The notes under the pieces were generated by a model, which saw nothing but the letters and a program-made list of their open reading frames with translations, was not told where the DNA came from and made no database searches. A stretch of DNA of 63,658 nucleotides, filler included. It is 13 parts of 13 records of this genome, joined end to end, with 100 filler letters (N's around TTAATTAATTAA, not from the genome) between each part and the next. Parts side by side here need not be neighbours in the genome. Positions count along the whole stretch, not along the records: positions 50,187 to 56,315 come from SRR15195285_4594; positions 56,416 to 60,492 come from SRR15195285_4596; positions 60,593 to 63,658 come from SRR15195285_4615; 10 more parts are not named here. One strand, written 5' to 3'. Position numbers and translations under genes: made by a program. Every line of letters begins with the position of its first letter. The first letter of the stretch is position 1. Of the stretch, positions 55,730-63,658 are shown in pieces.

Positions 55730-55805
55730 GAAACAGGGCGACCACTGCACCACACTCCGCTTGTTTGAACGCAGCGTTACCGCTTGAGAAACAGGGCGAC
55801 CACTG
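55730..55805 (+). repeat. Perfect 18-bp direct repeat GAAACAGGGCGACCACTG x2 upstream of hom
   Basis: Copies at 55730-55747 and 55788-55805, 40-nt spacer. Confidence 0.9.
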
Positions 55806-56415
55806 AGCGCTCTCCGCAGCGGGTTGGGATCCTATGGAGGATTCACTAAGAAATGCGGTGCTCCCAGTGACCGGCGGGAGTCAGCGGGATTGTTCCGAGC
55901 ACTACTAGCGAAATTGGTGGTGTTCTGGCCCGGCCAGCTGCTGGGTATAGCGGAGACCTTTTGAACTTCGTGTTCGGTCGGGAATAGTGTGCTGAGGGAA
56001 CACGCCGAAAGCGGCAGAGAGCGAAGAGTCATCGAACCACACATCTGCGAATTTCAGTACTTTTCATAATCCACCGGAAAGCAGCAACATTCCAAGGTGG
56101 TGCGCGGTGAATAATCCGTATGTATAATGCGTATTATGCTATCGGTAGTACACACGCCGCACAGTATCGAGTACTATACTGTAGGAGTACCGTAGACCGT
56201 ACCACTCACTACTGACCAGCATGGAGATCATGGAGGAGAAGGTGCGCGCTCACTCACTTGCTACCACGTACTCTGGAGTACCGGTAGCACTATACTAGTA
56301 GTACCATATGCATTANNNNNNNNNNNNNNNNNNNNNNNNNNNNNNNNNNNNNNNNNNNNTTAATTAATTAANNNNNNNNNNNNNNNNNNNNNNNNNNNNN
56401 NNNNNNNNNNNNNNN

Positions 56416-56642
56416 CGACGATGACGACGATGACGACGATGACGAGTCGCATCAGGAAACTGTCCAGATGGACGCAGAGACTGCGGTGCGCCAGCTACCA
56501 GCACCCGCACCCGGCTGGTCGCTGTTTACTGACCGCGATGCTGTGATGGCTGTGTGAACAGTACGCAGCTGCAATGGCGCGCGCTGTGCTGATGGAGTCC
56601 GGCGGCAGCGATGCTGCCGCGAACTCTCTGAGCTGGACCTGA
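56416..56642 (+). CDS. 3' end of a gene: poly-Asp followed by a short spliced tail
   Basis: DDDD..ESHQETVQMDAETA|YAAAMARAVLMESGGSDAAANSLSWT* using intron 56486-56561 (GTGCGC..TACTGAC..CAG). Confidence 0.45.
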
Positions 56643-56726
56643 AGCTTCCGCGCGCGATCTTGCACATCGATAGAGGATTCTAGCCTAGAACAAAGACACT
56701 TTTCTCGAAGCGCTGGTGTACTTACT

Positions 56727-57130
56727 TCAGTATGCATTCATACTACGACTGTTGACACTCCCCGCTTTTGTTACATCCACAGCATCCTCGTTGCGCGAGC
56801 GACCATCGCTTTCGACACGTGGAATCAGCCCCATTCCGCTGCATCCAGTCCAGAAGAAATATGTTGCTACGTTGCCACTCACCCACACACCTGTGTGACT
56901 GCCACCGCTTTGTCCCAGGAATTGCGCCCGGGCAAAGAATTTATGGCGACGATACTAGAGAGACCAGACGGTCGCAACTCACGTTGCAGTCATGAAGACA
57001 CCGACCGAGAGCACGGCGGAATGTATAGTGGAAACACGTTCCGTGGCGGCTCGAGCGCCTGTTGCCGCACCCACATCGTGGAGAGCGACCACGCGCAATA
57101 CACCGTCACCAGCACTGCCGGCGGGCCCAT
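56727..57130 (-). CDS. Small 95-aa putative membrane protein (2 exons), absent from the ORF track
   Basis: Exon 1 57071-57130 MGPPAVLVTVYCAWSLSTMW; intron 56955-57070 (GTGCGG..CTCTCTAG); exon 2 YRRHKFFARAQFLGQ..VWVSGNVATYFFW..MNAY*. Confidence 0.45.
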
Positions 57131-58011
57131 CCTTAGTGCTTTCTGGCTCACTCTGGTGCGCCGGTGCAGTGGGAGGCAACTAGATATCGATAGGACGAGG
57201 AAACGCCACTAGGCCCAGCCTATGCGATCGCCAGCCAGCCCAGCTCTGCCACTCACTCTAGTACCGCCCGCCCGTCGCGCAACACAGTGTGACCGATAGC
57301 GGTCTGGGAGAGAAACCGGGCGATCACTGTGCAGGGGGAGCCAGTCAACAGTGTGCGGCTAGCTGCCTGACCGTGACCCTCCTTCCTGCTCACCAGGTGC
57401 GGTGCCACGCTGGCTGCTGGCTCGCGCGCGATCCGGTATTCGCTATTCCGGTTAGCTTGTGATTCCTCGAGGTCATCGTCATGCATCCGAATGATGACTG
57501 ATCGACGATGCGCGCGCGGGTCCCGGAATTCGAGGAATGCACTCATGTAAGATGTATCATATTGTAATTGGCCAATTGTGTGACAGTGACATGCGGCCGT
57601 AGGTTGCGCCCGTAGGTGTAATATTGCCCAAAGCCGAGCCCCTGGGCTGGGTTCGGCTTAGGGCGCGCTACGTCCGGCCGTTTTGGTCCCGTTTGGCGTA
57701 GGACCACGGTGGGCGGTTTAGAGCGGCCCGCAGGCGCGTCGTGATTTCGACGCGCGTCGTCCTTTCGCACTTCACTCGTTTCGGGCCATACAATCGTATC
57801 GTGGAACGCAGCGATGCTTCAGAGTCGGGACATGATGGGCAGCCTGCCCGTGTACAGCCCACTGGGTAGTAGCTCGAAGTTGTGGTTAGAGGAGTGGCGA
57901 TCGCGTCGCGTTGCTGTGCATGTACTAGTACATCAGATCAATCTCAATTTTCTTCGCCGTACACCGTACAACTATTTGGTAAACCCTGTCAGTCCGATAT
58001 ACATCGATATG

Positions 58012-60276
58012 CTAATGTTTTGGCCCGCGGAAGGTGGGCGCGGGAGCATGCGGCGGCACAGTGTCCCAAAAGTCGCACTGCTGTGTCCGCAAACCGCCGC
58101 CTTGAGGCGTCATTGCAGCCACCGTATCCCCCCCAAACTCCATCGCACCCTCGTCCTTCCCCTCGACAAAGGGACGCCAGTGCCACCCAGCGCCGCTGCC
58201 CTCGTCGTTCGGAGCGCCCGTTTTTGCAAGTTGGTACCACGCCGATGACATCGTGCGCGACAGTGTAGTCTCCCGCTCGCCTCCAGTGAGTTCTGCCTGG
58301 TTTCGCCAGACAAAGGCCATCTCGCAACCATGACATGCTCCTTGCAGCCCGTAGCTTGCGGCAGGAGAATGTGGCACCTGCTTAAAGTAGTATAGCCACG
58401 TGCTTGCGCCACTTGTGGCTAATGCTTCGTCATCGCTGCCGATTCGCTCAGGTCGAGGCTCAGTGACAGCTGCTCTCTGAAGCTGCTTTGAGATATGTCG
58501 GGCTGCTCGCCGGGCTGGACATGTGTAGAGCATGTCGCCTACTGCCCTTGTGGCACCCCACCAGTGAGAGGAGATACCTAAGCTCGAGCCAGGTGCGATG
58601 GACTCGTTGCCGTACAGCTCCAGCACACGGGCACCGTTCGCCTCGCCCCATTCTCCTACCGCCCAGGACTGGAGACCGGCTAGAGAGAGGTTGTATGGAA
58701 GCATAGCATTCGACTGCCCACTGTCCAGGTAGACTGACTGCGTGCCTTCATCTCGATTCGTGCCAAGCAGCACGCTGCGAACTGTTGGTGGTGGGCCACG
58801 GGCCTCGAGCAAGGACGCTGGTGTCTCCAACAATTCAACTCCGTCAATCACAGGAGCAAACTGGCAGCTGTACCATCCATCTGCATAGGGCAAGTCGCCC
58901 GGTTCGGCGGCGTAAGAGGCGTTGTAGAGCTCCACTGTACTGCGCGATAGCAGACACTCCAGCTGCTCCTGCCTCTCGCTTCGATTGCACCCTACTCGGG
59001 TCAGCAACGCTTCAAAGACTGCCTGTGCCTCCGCCATAGGTTTGGATGCCCATGGCTGCACCGCCCCCGACTGCAACGCGACCGCGGAGAACGGTGATGG
59101 TGTGGCTTCTTTGTGGTATGTTTCCGCCACCAGCTGCATTGCCACTGCGGTGGCACCGGTAGATTCACCGAACAGCAGCACGCGCGTGGGATCACCGCCA
59201 AAAGCTGCTATGTTGTCAGACACCCACTTGAGTACCTGTCTCACGTCTTGCTGACCGTAGTTTCCAGTGCTGTTGCCTGTGCCGTTGCGAGCACGTAGCA
59301 GCTCCGAGCCTAGGTACCCGAACACGCCCAATCGGAAATTGGGCACGACTACGACAGCATCTTGCCCTGGTGGGTAGCTAGACGGATCGTGGGCCAAGTA
59401 AGAGCCGTCTAGCTGGGTATCGTCGCTGCCGCCGTTCAGATTCGCGCCACCGTGAATAAAAACCAGCACTGGAACCTTCTTGGTTTTCATCACACCTCGC
59501 AAGCGCGACAGTGGTGGCGCGTAAATCGCGAGATACAGGCAGTCCTCTGACGATGACCGCCCGGACGCACCGAGCGAGCTCCACGCCCACCCGAGCCCGA
59601 GCTGGTCGTACTGTGGGCACATCGACCGGTGATACGATGCATCGTATACACGGTCAGATGGCCACTGCGTTTCCAGCACAGGCGACGGCGGCATCCATCG
59701 GCGTGCTCCTATGGGTGGTGCGGCATACGGCAGTCCTCGGAACTCGCGCGCGCGCTTCGCGTTGAGGATTCCTTGCAACTGGCGACCATCGGACAGCATC
59801 ACTGTCGTTCCCGCCGGCCCGTAGATCCACAGCAGCCGCCACACCATGCCCCCAGCGATCACAGCGACCAGCCATATGACTACACAGCTTCGCGTTAGCT
59901 TGGAGTGCTGGGCCGCTGCTGCAGCGGCACCAGGTGGCGCCAGCAGCGGGTCTTCCAGCGCTGTCTGCTTGCTGCTATGGCTTTCCCCGGAGCCAGAGCT
60001 TACAGCACTAAGCGCCGAGCTGTTGGATCTGACAGAGCCGGTGGAGCCGATATCAAGATCACCTGTCGAGTTGACCGAGCCGATCGTCGCGACGGTGGAG
60101 TGGGAGCCTGTGTCCATAACACTAATGTTCCCCCCAGCCGCGCCCACTGAGTCGCTCTCGAACGACGGTGGCGGCGTCATCGAGCGCCCTGCAGCGCGTG
60201 ATGCATGCACGGCTCGCCTCCCCGCCGACCTCGGCCAGCTGGCGAATAGCAAGTCGTCCTGATCCGAGGACGACAT
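58012..60276 (-). CDS. Type-B carboxylesterase with an N-terminal membrane anchor
   Basis: FRGLPYAAPP, SEDCLYL, VFIHGG, NFRLGVFG, FGGDP.RV.LFGESTG (Ser), NRDEG (Glu), CHGCE (His). Confidence 0.92.
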   Translation of the reverse strand: MSSSDQDDLLFASWPRSAGRRAVHASRAAGRSMTPPPSFESDSVGAAGGNISVMDTGSHSTVATIGSVNSTGDLDIGSTGSVRSNSSALSAVSSGSGESHSSKQTALEDPLLAPPGAAAAAAQHSKLTRSCVVIWLVAVIAGGMVWRLLWIYGPAGTTVMLSDGRQLQGILNAKRAREFRGLPYAAPPIGARRWMPPSPVLETQWPSDRVYDASYHRSMCPQYDQLGLGWAWSSLGASGRSSSEDCLYLAIYAPPLSRLRGVMKTKKVPVLVFIHGGANLNGGSDDTQLDGSYLAHDPSSYPPGQDAVVVVPNFRLGVFGYLGSELLRARNGTGNSTGNYGQQDVRQVLKWVSDNIAAFGGDPTRVLLFGESTGATAVAMQLVAETYHKEATPSPFSAVALQSGAVQPWASKPMAEAQAVFEALLTRVGCNRSERQEQLECLLSRSTVELYNASYAAEPGDLPYADGWYSCQFAPVIDGVELLETPASLLEARGPPPTVRSVLLGTNRDEGTQSVYLDSGQSNAMLPYNLSLAGLQSWAVGEWGEANGARVLELYGNESIAPGSSLGISSHWWGATRAVGDMLYTCPARRAARHISKQLQRAAVTEPRPERIGSDDEALATSGASTWLYYFKQVPHSPAASYGLQGACHGCEMAFVWRNQAELTGGERETTLSRTMSSAWYQLAKTGAPNDEGSGAGWHWRPFVEGKDEGAMEFGGDTVAAMTPQGGGLRTQQCDFWDTVPPHAPAPTFRGPKH

Positions 60277-60592
60277 CCCACAGCGCCCACCCTGGCGTAC
60301 CTGCGTGCGTGCTCCCGCCCGGCGTCCACGTCGCGCCGCGCGGGGCGCGCGCTCCGCGGACGCGCGCGCGGCGGAGCAGGTACTGTCGATACGATATACA
60401 GTACGGTACGCGTTCGTAGGCTATATTGATATGTGTTTCTACATTAAAACAACATAATACAGAATACACAAGTAGGCACACCACGAGCGCCANNNNNNNN
60501 NNNNNNNNNNNNNNNNNNNNNNNNNNNNNNNNNNNNTTAATTAATTAANNNNNNNNNNNNNNNNNNNNNNNNNNNNNNNNNNNNNNNNNNNN

Positions 60593-62924
60593 AGCAGCAG
60601 CAGCAGCAGCAGCCGCCGCAGCCCAGGACTTGGAGGAACACGGCCAGCAAGATCCTGACTTATACAGTGGGTGTCCAAAAGATGCGCGGCTCCGAGACGG
60701 AAACCCTGTATGGAAAATCGAAGGACTACGGTGAGCAGCTGCTGCGGGAGTATGAGAATCGTCACAGTTGGCAGAAGGGGACAATCATGTGGGACAGCAA
60801 CAAGTTGAGCGAAAAATGGTGGCAAAGAGTGCTCCATCCTTACCATCCAGCGCGGTCAGTCTGGGACTTCGCTCAAGTGCTTGCGCTACTATATGTCGCA
60901 TTTATCGTCCCGTTTCGAGTGGGCTTCAACCACCACCCTGAAGAAATCCCCTTCGACTTGGCCTGGTGGCTTGAGCTGACCGTGGACATCTACTGTGAGC
61001 ATTGAGCGCGCGGCACTCTGCACCTGTTGCCTGCTCATGACTCTCTTGCTTTGCAGCGCACTGACAATCTGCTCGTGCGTCGGTAAACAGTCACGATTGA
61101 CATCGTCTTCAACTTTCGCACCGGGCATTTCACGGCCGACGGGGCAGTGGAATGCCGACGCCGGCGGGTTGCGAATCACTACTGCAAGTCCTGGCTGCTG
61201 GTGGACATAGTCTCCTGTTTGCCTGTCAGCTACATCACGCAGCTCTCCGATCAGGCGCCCAATCACTCTGGCATCAGCGAGGTGGACAACCCGCCAGAGT
61301 TCAAGGGTGTGAAGTTTATACGGCTTCTCAGGCTAGGCAAGCTGCTACGACTGGCGCGTCTTAACACAGTGATCAAGCGACACGAGGAAAAGCTCGAAGG
61401 CATGATTGGGTGCGATGGCTACAGTACTGCCAGAATCTTGTCCCTCGTGCAATGTAAGTTGACTGGAGGCTGGGTGCTGTGTACATGTGCTGCAGGGCAT
61501 GTAAACTGTTGGGCTGCGCAATCGTCGTCGCGTACATAGCACATCTCATCGCGTGTTCGTGGTACTATGTTGGCGGCGACGAAACGTTGCATCTGTGGAA
61601 TGAGACATCACAGCAGTATGACAGAATGGAGACCATCGCCGGATGGATCTCAACAGAGTTTGGCGAGCCAGTGATGGTAGAGCACACGTCACGAACTAGG
61701 CGCTATCTCACTGCCTACTACTGGGCGCTCACAACAATCTCGACGGTCGGCTGTAAGTGATCTTGCCTGATCTTGCCCACATCATTACGCATCAGGCGTC
61801 AACCTGCTGACACCCATTCTTCATTCAACTGTTCAGATGGCGACATCACACCGTCAACCTCTCTGGAACGCTGGACGGCTATGATGTCGCAGTTGATGGG
61901 GTGCTTTGCCTTTGCAAGCCTCATCGGAGTCTTAGGCAGTATGCTAGTAGGGCAACGATTGCTCGAGCAGAAAGTGCAGCAGCAGCTGCGTGAGCTGCGT
62001 GAATTTCTCAAGCTCAAAAACATCCCGGAGGGACTATCCAAACGGATCAAACGTCACATGGAGAACATGTTAAGCCAGTCGTCAGGATACAACGAAAGCG
62101 AAATGCTAGACAACCTTCCACCAGCCATGTCTCAAGATCTTCTTGATGCATTGTATCGCGAAATGGTCCTCGCCGTCCCACTTTTTCGCAACCTGGAGGA
62201 TGGAGCGATTACTGCCGTGATGAAGCGGCTGCGTCCATACAAAGCAATCGCGGGTGACAGAATCTTCCAAGTGGGCGAACAAGCACGTGAAGTCTTTGTG
62301 GTAATTTCAGGAACAGTGGAATTGCGCCACGACCGTTTCCGAGGCGTGGAACTCCTCCCACCGAGCTACCACTCTAGTGGATCGGTCGTCGGTGAGACGG
62401 TGATCGATGGGCTCCTACGGTCAGCGAAGCGTCGAAACAGAACACCGTCAATTCGGGAGGCTACAGCGCGTGCTGTAGAAGACTGCGATCTCAAATTTCT
62501 GACAATAGAATGTCTCTCAGAGATAGCACAAGATTTTCCTTCTTTTCTGGTGGAGCTCGATCGAATGGCCACGAAGCGCAAGCAGCACTCAGATGAGCTG
62601 CTAAAACCACATATGGCATGCGTGAGAATCCAGTCCAGATTTCGTTCTTGGAGGGTGCGCAAGGTGACGAGAGATACAGGTAACGACAGAACAAACCAAG
62701 TTCTGAAGAAGAGCAGCACTAGGCTGATGGGAACATCCGCTATGGCAGACGAAACTGTGCAGTCTGAGCATGCTCAGCATACAGCCTCTGACGCCGATAT
62801 AGCAGATCTACGGGAGCAGATATCGACCATGCAGCACAAACTTGACATAATGATGCAGATGATGCACGACCAGCAGCCAGGCAGAGTAGGAGGCAGAAGG
62901 GAGCTTCCACCGCTTGGAGAATGA
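60593..62924 (+). CDS. Cyclic-nucleotide-binding-domain voltage-gated K+ channel (EAG/HCN-like) with an IQ motif; 5'-truncated, 4 exons
   Basis: S4 IRLLRLGKLLRLARL; pore YWALTTISTVG|YGD spliced across intron 61753-61836; C-linker/CNBD VPLFRNL..GEQAREVFVVISG; IQ ACVRIQSRFR. Confidence 0.9.
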
Positions 62925-63226
62925 GCACTGCTATCACAAGAAGATGGTTCAGCTCAACCCACGACGTCGCACCTGCCAACACCGCGATAGTCTCCGCATG
63001 CGCTCCAGGCAGCAGCATCAACGAATGCCATCCAGGTACCGCAATAGGGCCGCACCAGGCAGCGGCACACCGCAATGCTACTCTACAGTGGGTCGGAAAA
63101 TAGAGCGCGTGGGTGTACAAGTGACAACCAATGGTATACATTTCTGTTGTGCAGCATGTCGACTATTGGTAAGTACAGAGTTCACAACGCATTTGGCGAA
63201 GTGCCATCGTTCCTCGCTTAAGCCCA

Positions 63227-63658
63227 TCAGCGCAAAAATGGTGGAATGCGTGACGGTAGCGGTGGCACCTCGACGTCTACTTCCGTATTGGGCCACGCCA
63301 TAACAGGCTCTGGCTCGTTCCCTGTCTCTTTATCCGCCATATCGTATACGTCGAGAGACTTAAAGCCATTTTGTTCAGAACCATCTTGCTCTACACCAGT
63401 ACTTGACCGCCGTGGCACCGCTTGATGCCGCTCAGTCGCCTCCGCCGCAGCTGGTTGTGCTGCCATGGAGCGAAGCCCAAGCGAACGGCTGCTCTTGTAG
63501 ACACCACCGCCTACGCTGCCATTGCCTCGACTACTTTGTCCTGTGCTGTGCCTTTTGTCCCACTCCTCGGATGTCGCAGACGGTACTCTATTTTGCCTGC
63601 TGTACACCTTGGGCTTTTCCTGCAGGTAACTGTTGCTCTTGCTCTTGCTCTTGCTCTT
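63227..63658 (-). CDS. 3' part of an unknown low-complexity protein (KS repeat), open at the window end
   Basis: Frame open from the (TTGCTC)n repeat at the window end to the stop at 63227. Confidence 0.4.
   Translation of the reverse strand, partial: KSKSKSKSNSYLQEKPKVYSRQNRVPSATSEEWDKRHSTGQSSRGNGSVGGGVYKSSRSLGLRSMAAQPAAAEATERHQAVPRRSSTGVEQDGSEQNGFKSLDVYDMADKETGNEPEPVMAWPNTEVDVEVPPLPSRIPPFLR

Noticed and set aside
55730-55805. Mini-CRISPR (repeat-spacer-repeat)
   Set aside because: Only two 18-bp units, eukaryotic context, no cas genes.
56891-57130. Selenoprotein model with an in-frame TGA (..SVSS-U-LQR) using intron 56891-56982
   Set aside because: Intron 56955-57070 removes the TGA, has a better pyrimidine-rich acceptor and gives a clean ORF. 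No CxxU motif or SECIS was recognised.
1-63658. Alternative genetic code or stop-codon readthrough to explain fragmented ORFs
   Set aside because: The interruptions I examined in conserved genes are resolved by GT/GC-AG introns, and TAA, TAG and TGA all serve as terminal stops.

Overview
This is not a contiguous locus. Thirteen contigs (about 3-12 kb each) are joined by 12 identical artificial 100-nt linkers (44 N + TTAATTAATTAA + 44 N), and many contigs break at microsatellites. The DNA is eukaryotic, GC-rich and gene-dense. Spliceosomal introns are mostly 70-200 nt and GT-AG, with three probable GC-AG. It looks like a protist genome or MAG bin, but I cannot assign a lineage from sequence alone. 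I resolved about 30 genes or gene fragments by hand-splicing. Housekeeping or regulatory genes: NDC80, SURF1, PCIF1, homoserine dehydrogenase, TLDc protein, ITFG2-like, Sfi1-repeat protein, CNBD K+ channel, DMT and AI-2E transporters, 2OG-Fe oxygenase, carboxylesterase. Glycan-degrading enzymes: GH39, GH33, GH18 chitobiase, GHL10-like and two (alpha/alpha)-barrel-like proteins, several with inserted Cys-rich modules. The most unusual coding items are: (i) two TIR-like proteins with the WCxxE motif, one multi-pass membrane and one RRM-SH3-TIR; (ii) a rhodanese-methyltransferase-NSUN2-like fusion lacking the NSUN catalytic Cys; (iii) a tandem double-tetraspanin-like 8-TM protein. The most unusual non-coding items recur on independent contigs: TAGATCTA and TACCGGTA palindromes near gene starts, a CAGTRCCCAGATTG motif, and CATA...TATG hairpins downstream of stop codons. 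No rRNA, tRNA, CRISPR array or transposase was recognised. All family calls come from motif recognition by eye; no searches were run.
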